DNA of 64,000 bases from a virus, in the IMG/VR virus record IMGVR_UViG_3300032893_000008, positions 1 to 64,000 of that record; one strand, 5' to 3'. The notes beneath the pieces were generated by a model. That model saw only the letters and a program-made list of their open reading frames with translations, made no database searches and was not told where the DNA came from. This document shows, piece by piece, positions 34,527 to 44,375 of this stretch. Numbering within the stretch: the stretch's first letter is position 1; each line of letters begins with the position of its first letter. The translations under genes were made by a program, and so were the position numbers.

Positions 34527-34795
34527 TTACGTCTCCGAGTGCGGACAGGCTGGAGAATCGTGCCGGATTCGTCGATCCCCTCGATACGTCGCATAGCCTT
34601 CTCGTGCCGTTCGTAAGAATTGTTTTGCCGCTTGATGCCGAGATCATCCGAAAGCGCACCCTTAGCACTACGTAAATCGCGTAGTATCGAATTCTCGAAT
34701 CCGTCTCCTTTGTAAGCTTCCTTGAGGAGAGTTTCCGCCTTCACCATAAGTTGAAGCGCTTCATTGAGCTTGGCGATGTGACGAGTCGAAATCAC
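34523..34795 (-). CDS. Hypothetical protein
   Basis: GTGA overlaps on both sides. Confidence 0.6.
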   Translation of the reverse strand: MISTRHIAKLNEALQLMVKAETLLKEAYKGDGFENSILRDLRSAKGALSDDLGIKRQNNSYERHEKAMRRIEGIDESGTILQPVRTRRRK

Positions 34796-35190
34796 GGACG
34801 AACCCCTCCCCAGATTTTGGTAAGCACCTGACTATCGGGACGTTCTACCCTGATTCCGTGAGCCTTCAGGAGATTTAGCATGCGATCGGCGCCGGCGGGA
34901 TTGCCGGTGTGAACGTAGACCTTGCCGTGGAACTTCATGCCGGCCAGCATCTGAGCGACCACAAAGAAAGTCGGGACATTGCTGCCGGAGCCCTGATTCC
35001 ACATCAGTCGGACAGGACCGCCATCACCAGCATCGTGATCCAGCCAGACCTCGGTGATATCGAACTGGAGCAAGGCCGAGCAAGCAGTCTCCGAATCACC
35101 AGTCCAAATCGTGCCAGCGGCTTCCTTCTCGGGAAAAGCACGGTTGAAGTTGATATAGCGCTGCTCTAGATCGTCGACAAAGAGAATCAT
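34792..35190 (-). CDS. Cyclic-phosphate-processing receiver-like domain protein
   Basis: ILFVDD, WLDHDAG, VHTGNPAGADRM. Confidence 0.7.
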   Translation of the reverse strand: MILFVDDLEQRYINFNRAFPEKEAAGTIWTGDSETACSALLQFDITEVWLDHDAGDGGPVRLMWNQGSGSNVPTFFVVAQMLAGMKFHGKVYVHTGNPAGADRMLNLLKAHGIRVERPDSQVLTKIWGGVRP

Positions 35191-35191
35191 T

Positions 35192-35395
35192 TCAATGCTC
35201 CAGATACGAAGTGCCTCGGCAGAGCGTGTGCACCGCCCGACGCTCGCCACGGGGAATTCCTCTGAGGGGATTTTTCGGGGTCCAGACCGAACTAGCATCC
35301 ATAAGCCTTCCGCAGTGGACGCAAGCCAGCATGTTCTTGAAATAGCGTGCGCCGGCGACGCCGGTATTGAAGACCTCGATGACGTCAGGCGGCAC
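35192..35395 (-). CDS. Small zinc-ribbon protein
   Basis: CVHCG...HTLC; GAGGA SD. Confidence 0.5.
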   Translation of the reverse strand: MPPDVIEVFNTGVAGARYFKNMLACVHCGRLMDASSVWTPKNPLRGIPRGERRAVHTLCRGTSYLEH

Positions 35396-36059
35396 GACGA
35401 AGTTCCTCGAAAAGAGACCTTAGATGGCACAAGAACTTGATTTCGCCCTTGCGCATAGTTTCCTCGCTTTTCCCGTGGGTTACAGCCATACGGGCCAGGG
35501 AGACCGGATCATCAGACATGATCCGAGCTTGCAGGAAATGCTTCTCCACAGGGGTAAAAGGAATTGCCTGCAAGCGCTGATTCACTCGATGACGAAGCTC
35601 TTCTCCCTGGAATTGCTCTTCGGGAGTGGGTTCCTCAGATCCGATGGTATCCCCGAGCGCTAGCTCATCCTCGTCGTGCTTGGGAAGATGGATCGGCACC
35701 AGAGAAGTCGATCGCTTGTCGCGGGTCGCACTCTTAGCCAAATTCTGATAGCGACAAAGAACCGCGAGATTGGTCCAGGTGACGATATTGGAGCCAGCGC
35801 CAATCTTGAAGGAATCCACTGCATACATCGCAGCGATAGCGCCTTCCTGAATCAAATCGGACAGCTCAAAAAGCTTCCCCGACGGCGTCCGGGAGAACTT
35901 CCCCGCGAGCTTCAGAACAAGAGGAAGCACTGATTCCACCACGCGCTTACGAGCTTCGGGATCGGTTTTTACGCGAGTCAGTAGCTCGTCACGCTCCTCT
36001 CTATCGAGGATAACGTGCTTTCGAGCTAGAGCGTCAGCGTAGATCTTGATGATGTCCAC
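35385..36059 (-). CDS. Sigma-70 family RNA polymerase sigma factor
   Basis: Region 2 VLPLVLKLAGKF..DLIQEG..AVDSF; region 4 SLARMA..HGKSEETMRK. Confidence 0.8.
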   Translation of the reverse strand: MDIIKIYADALARKHVILDREERDELLTRVKTDPEARKRVVESVLPLVLKLAGKFSRTPSGKLFELSDLIQEGAIAAMYAVDSFKIGAGSNIVTWTNLAVLCRYQNLAKSATRDKRSTSLVPIHLPKHDEDELALGDTIGSEEPTPEEQFQGEELRHRVNQRLQAIPFTPVEKHFLQARIMSDDPVSLARMAVTHGKSEETMRKGEIKFLCHLRSLFEELRRAA

Positions 36060-36092
36060 GGAGGTATTCTACCGCCGCTGGACAAGTTTAGT

Positions 36093-36935
36093 TCAAGAAC
36101 CTTGCTGTGACTTCCATTCGTTGTGATCCCTGGAAACGAACGAGATAGCTCCGCCCTTGAAGCCCCACCCCTTCGGAAGCTCTAGAAGGAAGTGCCGTTC
36201 GTTAGGGTGCGTCACGCCGATCGTAGGCTTCCAGTCGGCGGCCTTGCGACCGTAGTTCGCTCCGTTCGCCAAGAGATCCGACAAACGGTAGACCTTAGGT
36301 GTGATGCCATCCGACAAAAACCAGAAGCGCAGACAGTGCTTACACGTCTTGTCATCGTGGGGGCCAGACTTGTATACGTAAATGTCACTCGGAGACTTGG
36401 AGCGATTGTTCTCGACGATCGCGTCGAAAGCTCCCAGGTTCGTGGCCTGCGCCAATTCGGTAGTTACTACACGATCCCAGTCCTTGAACAGGTCACCGGT
36501 CTTCTCCCGGAGGAGACGCGCGATTTCTCGATTCGTCTTCTTGCCGGCGCCAGCGGCTAGATCCTCCCGAGTGTAGGCGATCATCTGGTTTCGATGATCT
36601 ATGAGCTTCACAGCCACGGATTGCGTGAGATCGGTCACAGCTTTTTCCGTGAACTTGTCGATCAGGTCGCCAGCCGTAGAATGAATATGTTTGAGGGCAT
36701 AGTCCCGGATCTGTTTACGAGACTGAGGCTGACGGAGAAGATCCAGGTGGCTCTTGAGATAGATGTCCGTTACCGTGGGCGCACTCAGGTCAGACTTGCG
36801 CACCAGACCAGTGGCCACGAGGCGTTTGCGCTCGCTCGCAGTAAGCGCGCTCACCCCGAGGACCCTAAACTTCAGGTAGAGACTGTAGCCCTCGATGATT
36901 ACGCGGATTTTATTCCGAATCCGACTCGTCGCCAT
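36093..36935 (-). CDS. MuF-like head morphogenesis protein
   Basis: DWDRVVTTELAQA, DDKTCKHC, THPNERH; directly after portal. Confidence 0.7.
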   Translation of the reverse strand: MATSRIRNKIRVIIEGYSLYLKFRVLGVSALTASERKRLVATGLVRKSDLSAPTVTDIYLKSHLDLLRQPQSRKQIRDYALKHIHSTAGDLIDKFTEKAVTDLTQSVAVKLIDHRNQMIAYTREDLAAGAGKKTNREIARLLREKTGDLFKDWDRVVTTELAQATNLGAFDAIVENNRSKSPSDIYVYKSGPHDDKTCKHCLRFWFLSDGITPKVYRLSDLLANGANYGRKAADWKPTIGVTHPNERHFLLELPKGWGFKGGAISFVSRDHNEWKSQQGS

Positions 36936-39186
36936 CGGTAACCCCACCCGGCTTGAGGGCGTTCAGGATATCGCGCACCATCGGCTCCTTGACCCGGTTG
37001 AATGCCTGGAGGTGCGCCTTACGGGCACGTTCCAGCTCACCGTCCAAAGACTTTACCTTATCGTGCTGATGCCGGATAACGGAATCAGCTTTAGCCAGGG
37101 ACTCTTTAGGCGCCCAGCCCATCGAGGCGGCCTTGCGCATAATACCTAGGCTGGAACGAACTACCCGCGGGTCAATGCGCCGCTGACGATAGTAGTTCGA
37201 CTTCGCTAGCTCTTGAGCTTTCCGAAGCGTTTGGCGCGGCGAGCGCGCCGTTTTGCGGACCGGAGCGCTTTCCCCGCTTTCTCCTTCCGCTCCAGCTCCA
37301 GCACCCTGGTCAGGAGCTTCTCCGCCCGACGACTCATCTCCGGGCTCTCCCCCAAAGCCTTCATCGCCTTCCTCAGACGCTTCAGCTCCGTCTTCGCCGT
37401 CCGCTTCTTCGTCACCGAATTCCCCGCCGCCGCCCAAACCAGCCTGGGCTTCTGCCATCATCGCCTGCTGCTCTGCCTGCATGATCAGCTGCAAATTCTC
37501 CAGATAGAGAGGATCCGCGATGTAATTGAACTCCGGATTCTCGCTATCCCCGACGTATCCTAGGAGAAATTCTCGAATTTCGCCGACTTTGTGAAGCTGG
37601 ATAAGTCCCTGGTAATACGAGGGATTACAAATGATATCGCCACTGAGAACGGGATCCTGCCCGGACTCGCGGCGGATGTCATTGACACTGGATCGAACCC
37701 CAATCTCAGCCGTCTGGCGGTTAATCTCCTCGGCCTTGGACTCGATCTCCAAACCGACAAACGAGAAGCGATATTTGGCGGCGAACTCTTCGGAGACATT
37801 CGGAATGATGTCTTCGTTGATGATCGTCTCGATCCAGGTGAGGAGCGGCTTGAGGCCACGGACCTGGGAGTGCTGGATCTTAGTGTCATTGTCTTCAGAG
37901 CCTAGGCCGCCCTGCCCCTGACCGCGGCCGAGGTGCTCAAATCCAATCTCGACGGGGCTGATGGCGAAGATCGCGCTTAGCGTCCGGATGATGTGATCGA
38001 TGTAGACCGAATACTCCATGTCTCGGTTGGTGGCCGAGAGGGGAATCCACTCCACACCGTCGACGCCGGCAATGATAGGCGTGCGCCAGGAATTCTCGTT
38101 ACCAGAGACCTGAGCATACCACTGGGCCCGGAACGCCTGAAGCTGAGAAGGCGAAACATCGCCGGCGATGTGGATCAAACCGCGAGAGGCAAAACCGTGA
38201 GTGAAGAAAAGCTTGTTGTAGTTCTCGGCCTGAAGGTGACCTGTGATGACCAGCGTGGCCATCTCCAGCTCACCGATGCAATAGCCGTTGTTTTCGATGA
38301 AGTTCTGGGGATTGCCGAGCTTGTAGATCAGCTCTTTGCCCGTGAAGGTCTGGTGAACACGACCGTTAACGACCTGGACGAACTCGATGTCTTCGTTGTC
38401 ATCACGCTGGCGCTCACGATCTTCCTGAGCATCCATCAGGTCAGCCATCTCCTTCGTGGAGGCGCTTCCTTGGGACATCAGAGCATTCTGGGACGCTTCA
38501 GCCTGAGCAATGATCTCCTTCGGGAGACGCTTGTTAGCGAAGTAGATCGACTCGGTAGGCGCCGGCAGGAACGAATGGATACCACCGAGATGATTGCGAA
38601 TGGTTTCGATCGCGGCCGCGCCAAACGTCAGGCGGTCACGAATCATGAGCCGGAGGAAGGTATCGAAGTCCATCTTCGACTTCGGGTCGCGATCTTCGTT
38701 GGAACCGCAGTTCCGAATGTAGTCAGTCAGCCAAGCAATCTCGGCCTCTTCCTCAGAACCCGGTTTCACCTCAACAGAAGGATCGCGCGGCGTGAATCGG
38801 AAGCCTGGATCGTAGCGATTCTCCTGGGGCTTGGAGAAGCGAGCGATCTGATTGATACGAGTCTGGAAAATGGCCGCCACGATCGGGTCGCGGAGGGACA
38901 TTTCCTTAAGCACCTTGTTCGACAGGTGCGAGTAACGCGGACGATAAACGCCGTAGCCGCCTTCGCCGATCGAAGGCATGATCGACGGATCGACCAGAGA
39001 GGCGCGACGATAACGGTAACGCTGGCGATTGAGGGCATCGGTGATCGATCCCTCGGCTTCAGCTTTAGCTAGATCGAACTCCGCACGCTGAGCGGCAGCG
39101 TCTGCCATAGCCTGCGCACGCGCATCCTCAGCTAGCTCATGAAGGCGGCGATCAATGTTGCCGCTGAACTTGTCAAGAATACCCAC
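36910..39186 (-). CDS. Portal protein
   Basis: YNKLFFTHGFASRGLI, FRAQW, NRDMEY, FAISPVEIGF, GLKPLLTWIETIINE; acidic tail. Confidence 0.88.
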   Translation of the reverse strand: MGILDKFSGNIDRRLHELAEDARAQAMADAAAQRAEFDLAKAEAEGSITDALNRQRYRYRRASLVDPSIMPSIGEGGYGVYRPRYSHLSNKVLKEMSLRDPIVAAIFQTRINQIARFSKPQENRYDPGFRFTPRDPSVEVKPGSEEEAEIAWLTDYIRNCGSNEDRDPKSKMDFDTFLRLMIRDRLTFGAAAIETIRNHLGGIHSFLPAPTESIYFANKRLPKEIIAQAEASQNALMSQGSASTKEMADLMDAQEDRERQRDDNEDIEFVQVVNGRVHQTFTGKELIYKLGNPQNFIENNGYCIGELEMATLVITGHLQAENYNKLFFTHGFASRGLIHIAGDVSPSQLQAFRAQWYAQVSGNENSWRTPIIAGVDGVEWIPLSATNRDMEYSVYIDHIIRTLSAIFAISPVEIGFEHLGRGQGQGGLGSEDNDTKIQHSQVRGLKPLLTWIETIINEDIIPNVSEEFAAKYRFSFVGLEIESKAEEINRQTAEIGVRSSVNDIRRESGQDPVLSGDIICNPSYYQGLIQLHKVGEIREFLLGYVGDSENPEFNYIADPLYLENLQLIMQAEQQAMMAEAQAGLGGGGEFGDEEADGEDGAEASEEGDEGFGGEPGDESSGGEAPDQGAGAGAEGESGESAPVRKTARSPRQTLRKAQELAKSNYYRQRRIDPRVVRSSLGIMRKAASMGWAPKESLAKADSVIRHQHDKVKSLDGELERARKAHLQAFNRVKEPMVRDILNALKPGGVTDGDESDSE

Positions 39187-39194
39187 TGGGTTCC

Positions 39195-40202
39195 TTACTC
39201 GGCGAGGATGACTTTGCAGTCAGCCGGCGTGATACCGTTATTCGCGATCGTTAGACTGAAGACTTGTCCGCGCTGCAGGTAGATGCCTACCTGACTGCGA
39301 TCCGATGAAGCGATTGGTTCGACCTGGACGTGATCAGAAGTATCTCCATTCAGCCGCAGGGATACCTTCTGATCAGATTCCAGATAGAGCCACTTCCAGA
39401 CGGACGGATAGAAAACGACACCATCCGACGCACCGATGGTGATTGGCCCCTCGGGGATCCCGGGATTCCCGTTAGACACATCGAAGTAGTTCGCGGTAAC
39501 TTTAGTAACTTCGAAGGCACCGCGGTTCTCGATGTTGAAAGCGGTCGACTGAACCAAAGCTTCGTCTTCTACCTGCACGCCAGCGGCAGAGAAAACTGCA
39601 AACGGAGGCAGGCTATCGCCACGGGAGCCGACAGTAATCGGGCCTTCCGCCACGCCGTCGCCGTCAACGGAAAGGACCTCTACGTAACTAGTGGCGACCG
39701 TCACGATCGTTCGGACCCCCTGGTTCAGGGGATTGAAAGGGCTCAGGACCGCGGGAGTAGTGCTTTCCACGTTGAGCTGGTCACCAACCACCACACCACC
39801 GGTGACAAAGTTCGGGGCCGTTCCGCCAGTCGCCGTGAAGCGAATCACGTTACCGGTCTTGGTGACCGTGTATTGAGTCGTAGCGTCTCCGCCGATCGAT
39901 CGAGCAGTGCGGAGGACTGGATTGGTGCCGCCGGCGAAAGCAAAACGGAATGTATTCGCGTTCGGATCCGGCTGAGTGACCGTGTATTGGGTCGTAGCAT
40001 CCTGGGACAGAACCCGGGCAGTGGAAGCCACCAGCAGACTGCCACCGGCGGGGACCAAAACCCTACGGTCCAGGTCGTTACCAGTAACCACCCCCTCAAA
40101 CTGACGGTCCCAGTCCGCGTCACGGAGCTTTGGGGATAGCGTCTTCGCGGAATCGCTGTAAACTGCGAGCTTCAGGAAAAGGTTCAGGAATTGGCCGGCC
40201 AT
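39195..40202 (-). CDS. Putative structural protein between terminase and portal
   Basis: Beta-rich with internal duplication (DATTQYTVT twice; EGPIT twice); start may be 40226. Confidence 0.55.
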   Translation of the reverse strand: MAGQFLNLFLKLAVYSDSAKTLSPKLRDADWDRQFEGVVTGNDLDRRVLVPAGGSLLVASTARVLSQDATTQYTVTQPDPNANTFRFAFAGGTNPVLRTARSIGGDATTQYTVTKTGNVIRFTATGGTAPNFVTGGVVVGDQLNVESTTPAVLSPFNPLNQGVRTIVTVATSYVEVLSVDGDGVAEGPITVGSRGDSLPPFAVFSAAGVQVEDEALVQSTAFNIENRGAFEVTKVTANYFDVSNGNPGIPEGPITIGASDGVVFYPSVWKWLYLESDQKVSLRLNGDTSDHVQVEPIASSDRSQVGIYLQRGQVFSLTIANNGITPADCKVILAE

Positions 40203-40238
40203 CGAGTTTTTTGCTCCGACCGGCATTCTACCACGTGG

Positions 40239-42194
40239 TCAGAAGGACCAAGAGAACCCGCCACCGGGGCCGCCGGCCTTGTCATCGTCAGCGTCGGGGT
40301 TATTCCGCTTGGCGATTTCCTCACGGTTGTCATGAAACCCAGAAATCCCCAGGTGGGCTGCGAGGTCAGCTGCAGACGGCACTCGTGTAAAGTTGCCGTT
40401 GAGATCCTTGGCCGGCAGCTCTTCGATGGGCCTGCCGGCCTGATCCTTGGGGCGCCCGTCCTCGGCAGTCGCTACGGTCATGGTGACTGTTGAGCGCCCG
40501 TAAACCGTGTAGGCTATGTAACGAATGCAGTCCATCGAGTGGTTGTCGAGGGCAGCAAACTTGGTGTCATCAATCCGCCCCTGGGCATCCGTTTCGTGGT
40601 GATACTTACCGAACTCATAGATGACAAAAGAGCAACCATTCTCGGTAGTTACGAATAGCTTGGCCTTGTTGGTGCCGGGGGCAGTGATGAATCGCTTCAC
40701 CACCTGGACGCCGTTATACACCGAACCCTTCGTTTTATCTACCGATTTTGATACCGGCAGATCATACGTCGAGATCATGAGCTTGATGTTGGACGGATTC
40801 TCGGTGTCCGGAAAATATCGCTGAATGTCGAAGCGCGGATGAATTTCCTCTGCGATCATCCGGACGAATTCACCATCATCCACCCCCCGGCGAGAAAGGC
40901 AGTAGACAATGTAGATGTTGTCGTTCCGATCGATGTAGGCAACGACGCACACTGATGGGTTCGTGAAACCCCAGTCAACTCCGGCGACCGCCGGGACCTT
41001 GTGCTTCTTCATCACCCCGATGAAATCATCCAGGGACATCGTTTCTTTCGGCCAGTCTTCACCAGAGAAGACCTTATACATCTCCTTGTAAGTCTTGATA
41101 TTTTTCTGGTCGAAGCGGGTATAAACTAGCCCTTCGGACGGCGGCTTTCGAGACAGAAAGGACGCGATGAACATCGTGTCCTCGGTCTTCAGGAGCTGAG
41201 CCTCGATGTCATCGATCGGCTTGAGCCACGTGCTCGTGGAAGCCTGTCTCTTGAGATTGGTCTGACAAGCCGCGAAGAGCTTGCACCTCGTGAAACACCC
41301 CTCCAGGCCGGGGGTGGCCTGGTAACGGAATTTCTCACCCGGGTCAAGTTTGTCGTAGCCGGCCTGGTCGACGTAGTGCATGGTCCCTTCACGGATGTAG
41401 AGATCCACAGGGGTAGTCCCGGACCGTTCGTCGGGACATCGCTCGGTCACATCAATGACGTTCCAGTGGCCGATATGAATCTGCTTCTCGTCCCGCTCAG
41501 CAGCCTCAATCTCTCGCTGCACGAGACCGAAGGCAGTCTTGCGAACGGAGATCGCTACGTCTATCGCCGGCCGCTTGTCTGGCATGCCGATCGGGATACC
41601 GTCCAGGTCGTCATAGGCGCGAACGTCCTGGACGACGTCGACTTCGTCTCGACAAAGTAGGGATTCATGCTGGCCCTGAACGGCGCGTTTCGTAACGGGG
41701 ATACAAATAATCTTCGTGCCATCGGCAAGCTTGCACCGCCGCATGGTCGATTCCTTGAGTCCCTGGCGGATCTGACTAAAGAACGGGAGATTCAAGAACG
41801 ACTGGAAGTAGTCCTGGTAGCACTTCTGCGCCTGCTCCAGCACTGAGGCGGTGTGCACGATGCCGCGGTGATCGTGGATCGCCACCATGAACTCGATAGC
41901 CGCCATCGCCAGGGTCTTGAAACCGAAGCGGGAAGCGTAGAACAGCATCTTCCGATGGCGTTGTTCGGGTGGTAGCTGGTTCCACCAAAGACAGTTCGAA
42001 TAGACCATCCAGGCCATGTCCAGCGGGGTGCAAGTCGATGCTGGATCGACAATCGAGTCCGGTAGGTCGATACCCAAGAAAGTGATCAGCCAGTTGCGTA
42101 GCTCCTCTCGCGTGCGGCAAGGGCGCAACATCAGATCCCAGGCGGTCAGGCCCGTGCTTGGGTCTACGATATCGGTAGGCTCTAGGAGACTCAT
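40239..42194 (-). CDS. terL: Terminase large subunit
   Basis: ASRFGFKT Walker A variant, CRDEVD Walker B, AGVDWGFTNP and DNHSMDCIRY nuclease motifs. Confidence 0.85.
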   Translation of the reverse strand: MSLLEPTDIVDPSTGLTAWDLMLRPCRTREELRNWLITFLGIDLPDSIVDPASTCTPLDMAWMVYSNCLWWNQLPPEQRHRKMLFYASRFGFKTLAMAAIEFMVAIHDHRGIVHTASVLEQAQKCYQDYFQSFLNLPFFSQIRQGLKESTMRRCKLADGTKIICIPVTKRAVQGQHESLLCRDEVDVVQDVRAYDDLDGIPIGMPDKRPAIDVAISVRKTAFGLVQREIEAAERDEKQIHIGHWNVIDVTERCPDERSGTTPVDLYIREGTMHYVDQAGYDKLDPGEKFRYQATPGLEGCFTRCKLFAACQTNLKRQASTSTWLKPIDDIEAQLLKTEDTMFIASFLSRKPPSEGLVYTRFDQKNIKTYKEMYKVFSGEDWPKETMSLDDFIGVMKKHKVPAVAGVDWGFTNPSVCVVAYIDRNDNIYIVYCLSRRGVDDGEFVRMIAEEIHPRFDIQRYFPDTENPSNIKLMISTYDLPVSKSVDKTKGSVYNGVQVVKRFITAPGTNKAKLFVTTENGCSFVIYEFGKYHHETDAQGRIDDTKFAALDNHSMDCIRYIAYTVYGRSTVTMTVATAEDGRPKDQAGRPIEELPAKDLNGNFTRVPSAADLAAHLGISGFHDNREEIAKRNNPDADDDKAGGPGGGFSWSF

Positions 42195-42814
42195 TGCTTC
42201 TTGTTTTTAGCCCGCCACTGCTCCGCAAGAGAGCTAAGGACGTCACTAGCTTTGTCACCCTGCGGAGCAGATACAACCGCCACCTGGCTACCTGGGGCGG
42301 CATTCACGGTGATAGGCGCCGGCGGCTGATCCGGGACCGGTGGCTGGCCGATTTTGGATACAGATTCGATCGCTTCACACAGCGCCTTGTAATCACGCGC
42401 GGAAGCTAGGCGCCCTTCGGGAAGATTCTCTTCGGTGGGATTCTGAAGATAGCGAATCATCTCCTGGCGGAATCGAGTGTGTTCTACCGTCAATAGGTTA
42501 GCCAGGTGATTGATCGCTTCGGCCTTGAGTTTCTGGAGGCGAGCGACGGCCTGGATGTGCACTTCGTCGATGTAAGCAGCTCGCTTTGCCGGCCAGTCGT
42601 AGCGCACACAAGCATCGGCGAGCGCACCCAAGCCCCAGGCGCGATTTCCTTCTAGCATCTGCTCCAAGGAGAATCCCTCGACGTAGAGCTGAAAGAAGTT
42701 AGCGGCTGTCACTGGAGACATCGGAGCAGAGTTTTTGCGATGATATTCTTCCATCGCCTGGCGTTCTTTGGGCGTCAGGAATTCAACTGCAGGACGAACG
42801 AGAGCTTCTGTCAT
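42191..42814 (-). CDS. Putative terminase small subunit
   Basis: Helical protein (RYDW..KR) coupled directly upstream of terL. Confidence 0.5.
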   Translation of the reverse strand: MTEALVRPAVEFLTPKERQAMEEYHRKNSAPMSPVTAANFFQLYVEGFSLEQMLEGNRAWGLGALADACVRYDWPAKRAAYIDEVHIQAVARLQKLKAEAINHLANLLTVEHTRFRQEMIRYLQNPTEENLPEGRLASARDYKALCEAIESVSKIGQPPVPDQPPAPITVNAAPGSQVAVVSAPQGDKASDVLSSLAEQWRAKNKKQ

Positions 42815-43353
42815 TCCCGCCCCTCGATCAAAACATCAACCGCTACCGGAACATTGGGGCCAAGGTATTCCCTCACCCCGCGGCGGATGATGCGATCGAC
42901 ATCCATAGAGGCATTACGTTCCAAGAATTTGACGAGCAGCCAGCGCCAGAACAAGCCCGTCCTGTCTTGGAGCCATTTCATCCTGGCGCGATTACGGAGA
43001 TAGCGCTTCACTTCCTTCTTGGGCATGGTCACCCGATACAGGATGTAACGTTCTTCACCTTCAGCCGGCGCTTCAGGGAAAATTACCTCTACATGAGAAA
43101 TCTTCGTGTGCGCCATGTAGCCGAAGTTAGTCAGGTTAATCTCCATCCCCTTGGAGACGACGCCGTTTGACCAGAGCCAACGATCGGTGCCCGCTTCCGG
43201 AATGCCTCCTGCGACTGACTTCAAGGCGCCATCGTAAGCAGCACGAGGATCGATGCTCGACTGCAACGCAAGCATCTCCTTCGTCGAGAGCGGCTCGAAA
43301 CGAGACTTGTATGGCTTTTTTGGCTTTAGCTCCGGTTTCGGCTCATCAGCCAT
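42811..43353 (-). CDS. Hypothetical protein
   Basis: Overlaps both neighbours. Confidence 0.6.
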   Translation of the reverse strand: MADEPKPELKPKKPYKSRFEPLSTKEMLALQSSIDPRAAYDGALKSVAGGIPEAGTDRWLWSNGVVSKGMEINLTNFGYMAHTKISHVEVIFPEAPAEGEERYILYRVTMPKKEVKRYLRNRARMKWLQDRTGLFWRWLLVKFLERNASMDVDRIIRRGVREYLGPNVPVAVDVLIEGRE

Positions 43354-44350
43354 TGAGCATCCCTCTCGCGTAGTCAGCCAGGCGCTTCTTATCCAGGCTG
43401 GTCTCCATCACGTCGGAGATGTAAGTCTCGACCATGCCGTCCAGCGTGGCGGCCTTCTGGATGACAGCTCCCTGACGCGGGGCTTCAGCGACAAACTCAG
43501 GAGCTAGAGAGATCTTATAGCGGCTCTTCAGGCTCAGATAGCGTTCGTCCGTTGCCATCATGGAGATCGCGGCACGATCGCCCTTGACCACGATCTTGTA
43601 ATAGTCGTCGGGGGACCGAGTGGAAGTTTCGAAATTGTCGAGGAACTCATCGGGACTCGCGTATTCGATAACGCGGTATTCCGGCAAGGGCGTCTTGATC
43701 CGCTGGAAAATGCCTGTCTCAGTATCGAATACGTGGAGCCCTTTCGTCTCGCCGGCGTCCTGGAATCCGAAGGCGTAGGGCGATCCGACATAAACGATGT
43801 TCTCGATCTTCTGGCTCTTGTGAACGTGTCCGCAGATTACGGTCTTGAATCCAGCCACGGATTCCACCGGGAATCCGTTAGGATCATAGAAGCCGTTCTC
43901 GTATTGCGCACCGTTGAAAGTGTTGTGGCAGAAGAGGATCTCGCCCGAAGGCGGCAGTGCAGCTTCGAACTCTTCAAAGGTATGGTAATAAGGCAGGAAA
44001 ACCATCCTCTGATCATGCACAGGACCTTCAACGATCGTCACGTTGGGGAAGCGAGCGAGTCCAACGAGCGCATGCTCCGAACTAGAAGGGCCAGCCTTGT
44101 CGTGATTTCCCACCATCAGGTAGCACTGAAAATTGGCAGGACATTGGAAGGTAATTTCGGTTAGAAAGCGAACCCAAGCGTTCAAAACCTCGACACGCAT
44201 CACAGCGTGAGTGTCAAAGAGATCGCCGAGGATCACTACCCTGTCCGGCTTCACCTTCTTGATCGAATCCGCGAGGAAGGCAAGGAAACGCTTACCCGTC
44301 TCGATTGTCGAGATCTTAACGTGAGGGTCTCCAGAAACAAGAATCTTCAT
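43346..44350 (-). CDS. SbcD/Mre11-like recombination nuclease
   Basis: GDPH, LGDLFD, VGNHD, FCH, CGHVH, YVGSP. Confidence 0.85.
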   Translation of the reverse strand: MKILVSGDPHVKISTIETGKRFLAFLADSIKKVKPDRVVILGDLFDTHAVMRVEVLNAWVRFLTEITFQCPANFQCYLMVGNHDKAGPSSSEHALVGLARFPNVTIVEGPVHDQRMVFLPYYHTFEEFEAALPPSGEILFCHNTFNGAQYENGFYDPNGFPVESVAGFKTVICGHVHKSQKIENIVYVGSPYAFGFQDAGETKGLHVFDTETGIFQRIKTPLPEYRVIEYASPDEFLDNFETSTRSPDDYYKIVVKGDRAAISMMATDERYLSLKSRYKISLAPEFVAEAPRQGAVIQKAATLDGMVETYISDVMETSLDKKRLADYARGMLNG

Positions 44351-44375
44351 CTATGCCTCGATTATACCACGGGAA

